From: Sedimentisphaerales bacterium
Lineage (GTDB): Bacteria; Planctomycetota; Phycisphaerae; Sedimentisphaerales; SM23-30
Assembly: GCA_963663965.2 (NCBI GenBank)
Contig: CAXXFK010000010.1
Span: forward strand, 64,001-128,000
DNA length: 64,000 nt
Reading direction: 5' to 3'
The notes under the pieces are model-generated. The model did no database searches and was not told the origin of the DNA. It worked only from the letters and a program-made list of their open reading frames with translations. The position numbers and the translations under genes are program-made. Every line of letters begins with the position of its first letter. Position 1 is the first letter of the stretch. Positions 1 to 10,700 of the stretch are shown here, one piece after another.

Positions 1-80
1 AGCAGAATAAACGCGCCGATTACTGCCGCCAATAAAACCTCCAGCAAAGTAAAACCCTGATATCGCCGGCTAACGGGCAT
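1..80 (-). CDS. Type II secretion minor pseudopilin, GspJ/PulJ-like (5' part only, runs off the window)
   Basis: Hand translation from ATG at 80 gives MPVSRRYQGFTLLEVLLAAVIGAFILL: a prepilin cleavage motif (GFTLLE) plus hydrophobic helix. Overlaps the stop of the gspI-like gene. Not in the ORF track. Confidence 0.75.
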   Translation of the reverse strand, partial: MPVSRRYQGFTLLEVLLAAVIGAFIL

Positions 81-474
81 AGCTTGGCCCACCCAGATCA
101 TAAAATAAGGTCTCGGCTTGAACGTTGTATTCGTTCGAGCCTTCCTTCCACAACACACTTGCCCGAACCCGATATAGATCAATCTGATCCGCTCGCACAA
201 TTTCAATCCGATACCGATAGTTCGGATAACGCGGCTCGAAGTCTCCCTCGATTGTCTTTAAATCCGCCAGTTCACGAATTTTACCAGAAGCCACTTTATT
301 TAACGCTTCATCCAGTAACCGGTACCCATGGGCGTACCGGATCCCCTCGGTGGTATTGATCAGGCACTGATTGGCCAGATGACAGACAATCACAGCGCCC
401 ACTGCCAGGATCAAACTACTGACCAGTATCTCCACCAGGGTAAAACCCTGCCTGCCATGCTTTAAACGAGTCAT
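70..474 (-). CDS. Type II secretion minor pseudopilin, GspI-like
   Basis: GFTLVEILV prepilin motif; position after gspH. Start placed at ATG 474, which overlaps the upstream TAA (ORF track starts at 480). Confidence 0.75.
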   Translation of the reverse strand: MTRLKHGRQGFTLVEILVSSLILAVGAVIVCHLANQCLINTTEGIRYAHGYRLLDEALNKVASGKIRELADLKTIEGDFEPRYPNYRYRIEIVRADQIDLYRVRASVLWKEGSNEYNVQAETLFYDLGGPSYAR

Positions 475-1064
475 TACCATATCCTGAATACTGAATCCCC
501 GGTTTGCCCGGTTTCATCCAAATCGATGGTATCATACGGCAGCCGGTCAACTTGATTGAAATACAACTCCGTTTCTGCGTTATAAGGCCGGATCAGCAAG
601 GTACAATCATCCTGTTCGGAATTCATCTGAATCAAACTGGTATCGGCGGTATTATCACTTTGGAACCGGATCGCCACACGCTGCGTACTCAGCGGCTGAC
701 TGGAAACCGTCTTCACCCGGTTAAAATGCACCCCGACCGGTAAATAACGAGGCTTCTCATAGGGATTGTCGATCACGACGGTTTCTGGCTCTTCAGCTTC
801 CCGGAAAGGAATTTTCTCCGGCGGTTTCGCTTCCAGCCAATAACAGTTTTGCGACAGATCGATCCAGAGCAGACAGGGCCTCTGGCTCTCCAAAGCAATC
901 AGGCGCGCGTACCCCGCGGCATTATTTATATCTCGGGCCGCGCTATCCAGTGAGGCGGTATCCAGATTTCGATAGAAACTCTTCAACGCCAGCACACATA
1001 ATAGTGAAAGCAGTAACGCCGTGGCCAGCACTTCAACAATGGTAAATCCTCTGCGCGCCTTCAT
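474..1064 (-). CDS. Type II secretion minor pseudopilin, GspH/FimT-like
   Basis: GFTIVEVLA prepilin motif; AARDI...ARLIA helix typical of GspH; follows gspG. Confidence 0.75.
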   Translation of the reverse strand: MKARRGFTIVEVLATALLLSLLCVLALKSFYRNLDTASLDSAARDINNAAGYARLIALESQRPCLLWIDLSQNCYWLEAKPPEKIPFREAEEPETVVIDNPYEKPRYLPVGVHFNRVKTVSSQPLSTQRVAIRFQSDNTADTSLIQMNSEQDDCTLLIRPYNAETELYFNQVDRLPYDTIDLDETGQTGDSVFRIW

Positions 1065-1075
1065 CGATACGCCCG

Positions 1076-1495
1076 TTATTGATTCACTACATCGGCATTG
1101 ACACCTTCCCCGCCAATTTTTCCATCCATACCGTAACTGATCAGATCGAAACTATTGGTGTTTTTCTGACCGGGATAAACGTATACAAACTTATTTCCCC
1201 ATGGATCCACCAGATCGCTCTCCTTACCGTAAGGTCCTTTCCATTTGTCTTTTAAGGTAGCAGGAGCCGTCCGTAATTCATCCAGTTGAGTGGGATAGCG
1301 GTTACAGTGAAGTTTAAACAGGCTGATATCCTGCTCCAGTGCGGTCATTTTCGGGCGGATCATATCCCATTTCGCCTGATCCGACTGTTCAAGAAATTTT
1401 GGCACTAACAACGCGGCCAGAACACTGATTAGAACAATCACCACCAGAACTTCAACGATAGTAAACCCTTTTTTAATTATTGGAAAAAATCGCAT
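1076..1495 (-). CDS. gspG: Type II secretion major pseudopilin GspG
   Basis: GFTIVEV motif, WKGPY, DPWGNKFVY and SYGMDG motifs of GspG. Start MRFFP follows an AAAGGAGA RBS. Confidence 0.9.
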   Translation of the reverse strand: MRFFPIIKKGFTIVEVLVVIVLISVLAALLVPKFLEQSDQAKWDMIRPKMTALEQDISLFKLHCNRYPTQLDELRTAPATLKDKWKGPYGKESDLVDPWGNKFVYVYPGQKNTNSFDLISYGMDGKIGGEGVNADVVNQ

Positions 1496-1505
1496 ATGTT
1501 CTCCT

Positions 1506-2744
1506 TTATCGGTGCAAACCCGGTAAGGCGGTTTCAATCTGTACAATCGGTAACAACGTTGCGGCGACAATAAAGCCAATTATCAACGCCAGTATGGTAA
1601 TTAATATTGCAGGAAATATGGCCATGAACCGGCCTATCGCCACATTCGTTTCACGATCAAACGCGTCGGCCGCATTTAACAGCATCGGCGCCAGTTGACC
1701 GGTTTGTTCGCCCACGGTCACGATTTGAACCAGTAATGGTGGATACAATCCTGACTTTCGCATGGGGCCTGCCAGAGATGATCCGGATCGTACCTGACGC
1801 GCCACCAGGTCGACATCACGCGCGAGAATTTCATTCCCCAGGCAGTTGCGGACAATCGCCAGCGAATCCAGAATATTGATTCCGCTCACACTCAGCGTGC
1901 CCAGGGTACGCGCGAACCGGGCCACGGCCCACTTGCGCTGCACCATACCCAGAATGGGAACTTTTAATTTTAATGAATCATAGACCAGTTTCCCGAAACC
2001 AAACTTTCGCCAGCGGCTCAACAATATCGCCAGAAAACACATGCTGACAATAAAAATAATTCCAGGCGGACTGCTGAGAAAATGACTGATATTCAGAACA
2101 ACCCGCGTTGGCCAGGGCAACATGTCCACATCACCGGATATCGTCGATAAAACCCTCGGTAAAATCCAGGTAACGACAATTCCGATAGACAGCATACCCA
2201 GGCACAAAACAAAAAAGGGATATAACGCCGCCGTCATGATATTGTTACGGGTCTCCAATTCACCTTCCACCAGATCCGCCAGTTGAGAGATACTCCGTCC
2301 CAATTCCCCGGAACTTTCTCCAATTCCGATCAGGGACGTATGCAAACGATCGAAGGAACGTTGGTATTGACTGAAAGTATAGGATAACGACTGACCGGAT
2401 TTCACCGCTACAGTGACTTCCGCCACCAGACGCTTGACCCTGAGACTGGGGTTTTGGCGTCCAACCACATCCAGCGCCGCCAGAATAGGCAGTTGCGCCT
2501 GTAAAGCGGTCGCCAGCTGCCGGATAAACTCTGCGCGTTCCCGGTTTTTTAACTTGAGCCTGACCGTCACCTTGTATTGGCCGGCCTGACTGCGACCCGG
2601 TTCTTCCGTCAGCAAATCGATTGTTGAAACAAACCGGCCCTGCTCCGCCAATAATGATACGGCAACCTGACTTGAATCAGCCTCTATTCTTCCGTGAATA
2701 CTCTGGCCACTGCGATTAATTGCCTCATATTGAAAAATCGCCAT
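1506..2744 (-). CDS. gspF: Type II secretion / type IV pilus inner-membrane platform protein GspF/PilC
   Basis: MAIFQYEA N-terminus, GESSG and GEQTG motifs, ALYP motif, three TM segments; GGAG RBS. Confidence 0.9.
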   Translation of the reverse strand: MAIFQYEAINRSGQSIHGRIEADSSQVAVSLLAEQGRFVSTIDLLTEEPGRSQAGQYKVTVRLKLKNRERAEFIRQLATALQAQLPILAALDVVGRQNPSLRVKRLVAEVTVAVKSGQSLSYTFSQYQRSFDRLHTSLIGIGESSGELGRSISQLADLVEGELETRNNIMTAALYPFFVLCLGMLSIGIVVTWILPRVLSTISGDVDMLPWPTRVVLNISHFLSSPPGIIFIVSMCFLAILLSRWRKFGFGKLVYDSLKLKVPILGMVQRKWAVARFARTLGTLSVSGINILDSLAIVRNCLGNEILARDVDLVARQVRSGSSLAGPMRKSGLYPPLLVQIVTVGEQTGQLAPMLLNAADAFDRETNVAIGRFMAIFPAILITILALIIGFIVAATLLPIVQIETALPGLHR

Positions 2745-3062
2745 ATCACTCCTGGATTTCTCTCTAAATATAATCTCCATAGACAATTAAGAGATTTATC
2801 GATCGCTTCCTTGCGGATTGTATCAATCGGATGTTTAGTAAAAATTATAGCATAAAACATGAATTCGACAAGATAACATCCTGAAAACCTGCTGGCTGGC
2901 CCAGTTTAATGCTAATTTATATAACAGAACAGAAATTGTTTCATTGCATTGTATACGGTTAAAAATATAATAAAGCATGTTACTAAAATCCGCATTAAGC
3001 GTCTAAAATAATAGTTTTTCTTTTATTATCAAGCTTGTTACGCCCTCAAAAGGAGAATAATT

Positions 3063-4964
3063 ATGCCTAAATTACCTTTGAATAATCTGATCGTTATGGC
3101 TGTAGTCGGCCTGTTGATTGGCCTTTATAGCCTGTGCCCTGCCCAGGTAGCCTCTCAGCAGATTACTCCTGAAGTGGCGGCAAAAAGTATCAACGAAAAT
3201 ACCGAAAAGCTCATGCAGTACTATTACCAGTTGATCGGCATGCCCACACCCCCCAATGTTATCGCACAGCTGGAACAGTTGCTTGAAGACACCAAGCGCG
3301 CCCAGGGTCTGATTCGCGGCAAACCCGACAAGGCCTACATCGATCTGCTGAAAGCATGGATCGCTCACCTGAAAGGTGACGGCGAAGAAGCAATTAAAAA
3401 CGCCAGCCGGGCATACAGTCTGGCCTCCGAACAACCCGATATCCGCGACAGTTATCTGTTCTTCATGCTGTTCTGGGAAAATTACGACAAAGCCCAGAGT
3501 GTCATGAAACGAATGAAAACCGGTACCGCAGCTGAAGAAGTTGCCCAGGCCAGCTTTAAAGCGCACTCCGAATCGGTTACAACCAATATCCGTAACGATT
3601 TCCGTCAAATCCCCGCTTTTGCCGAACCGAACCTGCCCGGAATGGATTCGATGGCCATGGGGAACGCCGAGCCCAATAATCCATTCACCCCGGCGGCCGC
3701 CGCCGCTGGTGGTGGAAACTCATCCAACCGCAGAAGTGGCGGTTACCGCCAGCAACGTGACCCAGGCGGCGATGGCATGACCTTCGGTGTGGGCATGGGG
3801 ATGGGAGCCGCAGCCCCCGTCAATCCCAATTTCATGGATTATAGTGGCCCGCCCGGATCGACCGGACGACCGGCACCCAATATGGGCGGCATGAACGCCC
3901 CCGGATACCAACCCCAAGTCCAGGCGATTTCCAAAGTCCTCAACTTCCAGCCGGATTACATGCTCTATGATCAACTGGGCCAGGATTTCCCCGCGGTCCA
4001 GCTTCAGACCATGAACGGTTGCAGCTTCCAGTTTGATCCGCGCCAGGGTGGTGCGCTGTGTCTGCTGGTTTGGGCCCTTCCCGATAACATGCCCAACAAT
4101 CGCCCTAATCAAAATAATATGTACGAAATGGGCTTTGGCGGTGGTTATCGCAATCCTGCGCAACAACAGCAAACAGATATCCTGCTGGAAGCCTCTACCG
4201 ATCTTAATAAGAATTTCGATCAATTCCGTCAACTGTATGCCCGATTCATTAACAGCGGCCCCGCCATCCGTTTTGCCAGTGTATGCCTCAATAATCCCGG
4301 CCAAATCGGCACGGAAGATATCTTGAAAATCGCACTCGACAAACCATGTCCGTGGGCATTTCTAACTCGTAACCCAATTAATATCGATCAGTTAAAAGAT
4401 GTTCCGTCCGCCAGTCCGGTGATGTTAATCATCGGCAGTTCCGGCAAGATTCGCTATGTCGGCCCGGTGGGTGGCCTGCTGCCAGTCTCCATCATTACCC
4501 AGGAATATCAGCGTACCCGGTCTGCCATGCCCGGCATGGCGCCGGCTTTCAAGCCATCCCAACCCGGTAATGGCGTTGTCCTTGGCATCCTGGGACAGGC
4601 ATTCTCTGGTTCCGGTACCACCCCACCTGGCCAGGCCAATACCCCGCCGGTTGCTGTTACTCCTCCGGTCAGAACGGTTCCCACCCCGCCACGGCCGACT
4701 ACCCCGCCGGCCCTTAATACGGCGGATCCTGATATGCAAAAAATCAGCGTGGCCCAGGCCCGTCAACGACTCCAGGTCGCTGAAACCCAGAAACGCGTAC
4801 GGATGTATATGAGCGCGCTGGAAGCCTGCGATGAGATTCTCGCCCAGTGGCCCAACAGTACTGAAGCTGAGGAAGCCAAGGAAATGATCCGGTCTATCCT
4901 GTTTTCCCGCCCGATTTACAAACAGGACCGCGTCCGACAAGGCAAATGGGTTCCTGAAGATTAA
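3063..4964 (+). CDS. Secreted hypothetical protein: TPR-like N-terminus, low-complexity linker, degenerate thioredoxin-like domain, C-terminal TPR-like helix pair
   Basis: 633-aa ORF with AAGGAG RBS and signal peptide. G/M/P/N-rich segments; LGQDFPAVQLQTMNG and PVMLIIGSSGKIRYVG resemble a redoxin fold without CxxC. Confidence 0.6.
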   Translation: MPKLPLNNLIVMAVVGLLIGLYSLCPAQVASQQITPEVAAKSINENTEKLMQYYYQLIGMPTPPNVIAQLEQLLEDTKRAQGLIRGKPDKAYIDLLKAWIAHLKGDGEEAIKNASRAYSLASEQPDIRDSYLFFMLFWENYDKAQSVMKRMKTGTAAEEVAQASFKAHSESVTTNIRNDFRQIPAFAEPNLPGMDSMAMGNAEPNNPFTPAAAAAGGGNSSNRRSGGYRQQRDPGGDGMTFGVGMGMGAAAPVNPNFMDYSGPPGSTGRPAPNMGGMNAPGYQPQVQAISKVLNFQPDYMLYDQLGQDFPAVQLQTMNGCSFQFDPRQGGALCLLVWALPDNMPNNRPNQNNMYEMGFGGGYRNPAQQQQTDILLEASTDLNKNFDQFRQLYARFINSGPAIRFASVCLNNPGQIGTEDILKIALDKPCPWAFLTRNPINIDQLKDVPSASPVMLIIGSSGKIRYVGPVGGLLPVSIITQEYQRTRSAMPGMAPAFKPSQPGNGVVLGILGQAFSGSGTTPPGQANTPPVAVTPPVRTVPTPPRPTTPPALNTADPDMQKISVAQARQRLQVAETQKRVRMYMSALEACDEILAQWPNSTEAEEAKEMIRSILFSRPIYKQDRVRQGKWVPED

Positions 4965-4996
4965 TTCTGACCATCACCCAAACAAACGGACCAACT

Positions 4997-5042
4997 CAGG
5001 CCCGGCCGCAGACAGATCTGCAATTGCCGGGCCTGTTTTTTA
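4997..5042 (+). terminator. Intrinsic terminator
   Basis: CAGGCCCGGC...GCCGGGCCTG stem followed by a T-run, just after the stop at 4964. Confidence 0.8.
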
Positions 5043-5462
5043 TTAACAAAATGCCGTTTCCGACCGGTCAGGATCCTGATGATATCCCGGATCGTGGTTT
5101 TTGCTAGAGGTCTGCTTTTCGTAACCCATTGCTATCTAGAATACTACACAAAAATAAACCACGTTTGCCGCCTATAGGGTTTAACCAGACAGCATCGGTC
5201 AGTCAGATTGAAACGCGCACAGTTTTTATGGCGGCCAGGGGACAAAAACGGCCTGTCCTGATCCTGTCATTTCATCAGTTTTAAGCCGTAAGTTCGCCCG
5301 GCATAATCGTTAAAGGAGGCATACTCCAGTGGGCCATCCTGTTTTTTTTACAGGAAAAGACGCAGGTTCGGTTGTCTTGCCGGTAATTAAATATTAGAAT
5401 AAAGTAAACCAGTGAGGTGGTTTGAAAACTCAGGCCTTCGGGCCAAATTACAGGAGTGCATT

Positions 5463-5711
5463 ATGTTCAGGGTACGAAGTGTGATTTTTTTGATGTTATT
5501 CTCTTTCTGTCTGGGGGCCATCGCCATGCTGTTGGTTTTGACGCCCGGCAAATTCCAGTGGCAGGACCTGCTCGACGAGCAGAAACGCACCGATCTGGCC
5601 GATTTCGATCAGGCCGCCCAACGTGTGGAAGAATTCCCCCAGGTCGTCTCCAACCTGACCCGTGACGCCCTGGAAACCTGGCGTGAACGCGCCGCGACCC
5701 ATACTAACTGA
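5463..5711 (+). CDS. Small membrane-anchored hypothetical protein
   Basis: AGGAG RBS before ATG 5463; N-terminal hydrophobic helix, then a charged helix. Confidence 0.6.
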   Translation: MFRVRSVIFLMLFSFCLGAIAMLLVLTPGKFQWQDLLDEQKRTDLADFDQAAQRVEEFPQVVSNLTRDALETWRERAATHTN

Positions 5712-5751
5712 TAAACTAAAGCCAACAGACTGTATTCAGGAAGAGAGAACC

Positions 5752-6282
5752 TTATTCGCTGTCATACTGAATCTGGCTATGAATTTCATAGCCTTCCAGT
5801 AATTTCCGGCCATTCAAAAAGGCCAGGTCGATCAGGAAACTGATTCCAATAATATCCCCTCTCAACTTCTCCACCAGGTCACAGCACGCCTTCATCGTCC
5901 CCCCTGTCGCCAGCAGATCATCCACCATCAGCACCTTCTGACCCGGCTGGATCGCGTCCGCATGGATTTCAATCTTATCGGTGCCATACTCCAGTGAATA
6001 CTCCTGCGCGATCGTCTCTGCAGGCAGTTTGCCCGGCTTCCGCACCGGTATAAACCCACAATGCAGATACCGCGCCACCGCCGTCCCGAAGATAAATCCC
6101 CGGCTCTCCGCCCCCACCACCAGTTCCACCCCGCGCCCCACAAACGGCTTCGCCATCGCCTCCACCGAATAAGCCAGCGCGTCCGCGTCCGCCAGCAGCG
6201 GCGTAATATCGCGAAACACAATTCCCGGCTTGGGAAAATCCACTATACTTCGAATATACTTAATCAGCTCAAACGCCATCAT
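5752..6282 (-). CDS. apt: Adenine phosphoribosyltransferase
   Basis: DFPKPGIVFRDITPLL, ESRGF, RKPGKLP, LEYG and the PRPP motif VDDLLATGGT. Confidence 0.97.
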   Translation of the reverse strand: MMAFELIKYIRSIVDFPKPGIVFRDITPLLADADALAYSVEAMAKPFVGRGVELVVGAESRGFIFGTAVARYLHCGFIPVRKPGKLPAETIAQEYSLEYGTDKIEIHADAIQPGQKVLMVDDLLATGGTMKACCDLVEKLRGDIIGISFLIDLAFLNGRKLLEGYEIHSQIQYDSE

Positions 6283-6434
6283 CAACTCTCCAGCGCGGGT
6301 TATCAGTCAGCCAAATAATCACGGATGTTCATCCTTAAGATACCCCGATACTCCGCCGCTTTCAAGCACTAAATCCCGCCATAAAACCCCCTTCATCACT
6401 TTAGCCACCCCTGAATAAATTTCACCCCCACCCG

Positions 6435-6462
6435 GTAGAGACGCAATGTTTTGCGTCTCTAC
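6435..6462. repeat. GTAG-type REP-like palindrome
   Basis: GTAGAGACGCAA-TGTT-TTGCGTCTCTAC: perfect 12-bp stem starting with GTAG, intergenic. Confidence 0.65.
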
Positions 6463-6504
6463 GAGATCCCATCAACAAAAGGATACCCCCATGCCAAGTC
6501 GCTA

Positions 6505-7668
6505 CTACTCCTCCAGCCAATACGCCACCACCTCCATCAGGTCTTCTATCCCAAACGCATCCAGCCATTCCGCCGATACGGTTGCGTAATCTTCCATATC
6601 CACTCCATAACTACCCGCCGTATCCCCCGGGATATCGCGCTGCCACCAGAGCATGGGATAGCCGGTTGATTGCCAGGGCATGTGCCAGAGTTCTTCTGAA
6701 CCATCGTTGATATTACCAGAAAAATCAAAGCCGGCAAAACTGCTTTGATCCTGCATCCGATCATCAGTTAAAGCCACCCCAAAACCATTGTCGGGACCGC
6801 CATCAACATGGAAATAAGCGTCTGAAATGGTTCCCATATTCAGTCCGCATAAGCCGCCGACTTCAGTGCTGGTGGCTGTAGTCGAGCCGGCAGCATAACA
6901 CTTTTTAAGCACACGGCTGTTCGCGCCGCACAGACCTCCAGTGGCCAGAAATCCTCTTGTCGAACCAATGGAATAACAATTTATCAGGGTATTTGCATTA
7001 ACACCACAAAAACCACCGACCAAGTCGTATCCCTGTATTGTTACATTAGTAAAACAATCGGCCATCACGCCCGTGTTATAGCCGCAGATGCCAGCAACCG
7101 TGTCGGTGCCTCCAACCGTACCGTCAACAGAAGAATGGGTAATCAGTCCCTGATTTACTCCACACAGGCCGCCGATGAAATTTAACCCATCCACCTTTAT
7201 GTCCGTGCAATGGACATGGTCAATCGTGCCATAGTTCTGAGCGCATAATACCCCAACATAATCCCTGCCGACAACCGATCCATCCATCAATTTCAAATTT
7301 AGAACCAGACTGCCTGGGCCAAGGTAGTGAAACAAGCCGATATCGTCATTGGCCGATATTTTTAATTGTTTGATCGCATGGCCAGCGCCATCGAACACCC
7401 CGTAAAATATCGAATCGTCGGCAATAAGCGGGTGCGAAAAACTGCCATCCGGATAGTCCCCTTTACCCGCCAGATCAATATCCGCCGTCATGATAAAATG
7501 CTTGTCATAATCTTCTGTATTTTGTCCCAGTGTAGTCAAATCCGCCGCTGTAGCTATCTGATAGGGATCGGCTTCCGTTCCGCTACCGCCGCTGAATTGT
7601 CCGTAAAGACTATTGCAACCGATAAATACCACAACCACTATTAAAAAAACAGTTAAATGTTTAACCAT
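6505..7668 (-). CDS. Secreted GLUG-motif protein with dockerin-like C-terminal tail
   Basis: Signal peptide, FSGGSGTEADPYQIAT module start, repeated VGGLCG motifs, tail GDTAGSYGVDMEDY..WL. Start MVKHL follows an AGGAG RBS. Confidence 0.8.
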   Translation of the reverse strand: MVKHLTVFLIVVVVFIGCNSLYGQFSGGSGTEADPYQIATAADLTTLGQNTEDYDKHFIMTADIDLAGKGDYPDGSFSHPLIADDSIFYGVFDGAGHAIKQLKISANDDIGLFHYLGPGSLVLNLKLMDGSVVGRDYVGVLCAQNYGTIDHVHCTDIKVDGLNFIGGLCGVNQGLITHSSVDGTVGGTDTVAGICGYNTGVMADCFTNVTIQGYDLVGGFCGVNANTLINCYSIGSTRGFLATGGLCGANSRVLKKCYAAGSTTATSTEVGGLCGLNMGTISDAYFHVDGGPDNGFGVALTDDRMQDQSSFAGFDFSGNINDGSEELWHMPWQSTGYPMLWWQRDIPGDTAGSYGVDMEDYATVSAEWLDAFGIEDLMEVVAYWLEE

Positions 7669-7729
7669 GCCCGTACTCCTGTTATAAGATTCAGTCATTG
7701 ATACTCGAAAGCGATCAAACATCATCACA

Positions 7730-10700
7730 TCATCGCGCTAACCAGTATTCGGAAAGCTGAATAATCTCGGTTATATCCGCCCCATCCGGTATCAGCCATT
7801 GATTGGATATCGCTTCATAATCTTCCATGTTCACTCCATAACTGCCCGTCGTATCCCCCGGTATATCCCGCTGCCACCAGAGCATGGGGTACCCGCTGGC
7901 CTGATACGGCATGTGCCAGATGTTTTCAAAATCCCAGCCTGCCCCGGTAAAGGTGGCTTTATCCTGCATGGTCTCCGTTAACAGACCTGTCCCGGCTCCG
8001 CTATAGGTCATACCTGAAGATTGCATATCCCAGAAACAGGTATCTCCTGACTCACTGATATTATAGGCGGCCAGCCCGCCCCCGACGCTGCCGGTAACAC
8101 TGCCGGTTGAGTAACAGTTAATCATCTGACACCCATATTCATTCGATCCCACCAGCCCACCCAGCATTTGCCGCCCGGAAATATTACCCTGGGCATAACA
8201 ATCGACAATACTGCTCAATCGATGGTTGGCACTATAGTAGGTATTATTCCCAACCAGACCGCCAATAAACCAGCAATCTCCCGAACAACTTAGATCAACC
8301 GTACTGTATGATTCCTTAATGGTTCCCCCATAGTTGATCCCCACCAAGCCACCCAGATTATCACACATATCATTCGTTGAAATGGTCCCATTCGAGCCGC
8401 ATTGCGCAATCTGGCTATTGGTGTTACCGCCCACCAATCCGCCCACCCAATCCGCCTGCTTTGGACAGGTAATGGCTACCTGGACAGTACAATCCGTAAT
8501 CGTAGATGAAACAGTTTGACCCACCAGACCGCCGATATAATACGCATAATCCCCCGTATGAATACTGACATCAGCCCAACATTTCCTAACATTTCCATAA
8601 ACCTTATAGCTGGTGATTCCCCCAATATAATCATCCCCGGTTAGTGTTCCCTGAACCGTACAGTTTTCAATTGAACCATAGACCATTCCCGCTAAACAAC
8701 TGATATTGTCATCGCCGGCCACTGAACAATCTACAAGTTGCAAATTCTTGACAATGCCGCCTGTCCCAACATAGCCAAACAACCCCAGGTAATCATTGCC
8801 CTCAGCCACCCCGTCAATCGTCAAGCCAATAATTGAATGGCCCTGTCCATCGAATGAACCGGTAAAAGCTGTACCTTGAAAACCACTAGATGAAGAAGAG
8901 TCTGAAGCCACTAATGCAGTTTCATGATCTAATCCACTAAGATGAATATCGTTCATTAAAACAAAATGCTTATCGTAGTCCCCTGAACCTTGACCTAATG
9001 TTAGAACATCTTGCTCTGTCGCAATTTGATACGGATCGACTTTGGTACCAGAACCACCAGAATACTTTATTACGATAGCTTCCCAAGCCAATTTAGGATA
9101 GTCATTATTTGGCATTCTCCAATCGGCTTGATCTCCATCAATATCGGAAAAATCCCAGCCATTGCTTAGATAGGTATCAATACTCTTTAATTCGGCAGTA
9201 GTTTTCCCGGTCCCGCCATTGCTTTCTGAATAACCGGACGTGTCAATATCCCAATAACAATCATCAATCCCTCCAGAAGATATCGATCCACAAAAACCCC
9301 CGATTGACGAACTCAAACCACCTGTAATTAATCCAACAGAATAACAATTAAAAATATAGCCTTCATAGTGACGACCACAAAAACCCCCGATCGAATCAAC
9401 TGTACCTGTCACATTTGCTTTCGCATAACATTTTGTAATTAAAGCGGAATTCTCTCCACACAATCCTCCGACATTGGATATTCCACTGACTTCACCACTC
9501 GCATAGCAACTTAAAATCTCGCCGCCGATACTGCGTCCGCAAAGACCGCCAGCATTCTTATTTTCTCTAGCGACGACATTCCCCTCTGCAAAACATCTAG
9601 TAATATTACTACGCTCACTATACCCTATGAGCCCCCCGATAGACGACCCATCCCCTGTAACATTCCCTGATGCAAAACAGCTAATAATACTACCACACTC
9701 ACTATATCCTATAAGTCCTCCCACAGATAAACTTCCATAGACATTGCCAGAGGCATAGCAGAATTCAATCTTGCTATTAATATAATTCTGTCCAACTAAT
9801 CCCCCTGAAGCTTGTAAACCATGTATTTCCGACAGTGAATAACTATCTTTAATCTGACCACAATTATAACCAACTAATCCACCGGTATTATCATTGTTAC
9901 CGGTCACTGTACCTTCCGTAGAACAATACACAATAAGACCATTAGGGCCTTCGTTAAAGCCAACCAACCCCCCAACATTTCGCCCTCCCTCAATAGCCAT
10001 TGCAGCCTGACATGATTTAATAACAGAATCATTTCTACCAACTAATCCGCCAGTACCATAACCATAATCCCCAGTTCCCAGTATGTATCCAGACGAACCA
10101 CACCCTTCAATAGTACCCAAATTTCTGCCAGCTAAACTACCTAAATAGTTTCGTCCAATTATTTGACAATCAACCATTTTGAGATTCATTAATTTTCCAT
10201 TAGAACCAAGTTGTCCGATCAGCCCGAGATATGTACCACTATTATTATCAATGAATATGTTACTAATAGCATGCTCATTCCCATTGATCTGGCCTGAGAA
10301 GGGTAGCCCATTATAATCATGATCTCCATTATCCATATCAGGCGCAATAATTGCTCTATCAAATGTATATTCAGACAAATCGATATCTGCGGTTAAAACA
10401 AAATACTTGTCATAATCTCCAATATTACCACCAATTGAAACCAAATCCTCCGCTGTAGCGATTTGATAGGGTTCAATTTCTGTTCCGCTTCCACCAGAAT
10501 ATTTCTGTTTTATAGGTTCCCAAGATAATTTAGGATAACCATTAAATGGCATATACCAATCTGCGGGATCGCCGTCTGATTCCGAGAAATCCCAACCAGC
10601 CGCAACAAAGGTTTGAATGTCTTGCATTTCTTCAGTTGTTTTACCTGTTCCGCCAGCACTAAAAGACTGGTTGGAAGTTTCTAAATCCCAGAAACTATTC

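Noticed and set aside
5043..5462. ncRNA in the 420-bp intergenic region
   Set aside because: Only scattered short hairpins; no recognisable family or internal repeat to support a call.
6587..7920. Near-identical 3' segments of the two GLUG genes as a DGR template/variable repeat pair
   Set aside because: Mismatches are not adenine-specific and many are synonymous. Both copies are coding, and there is no reverse transcriptase in the window.
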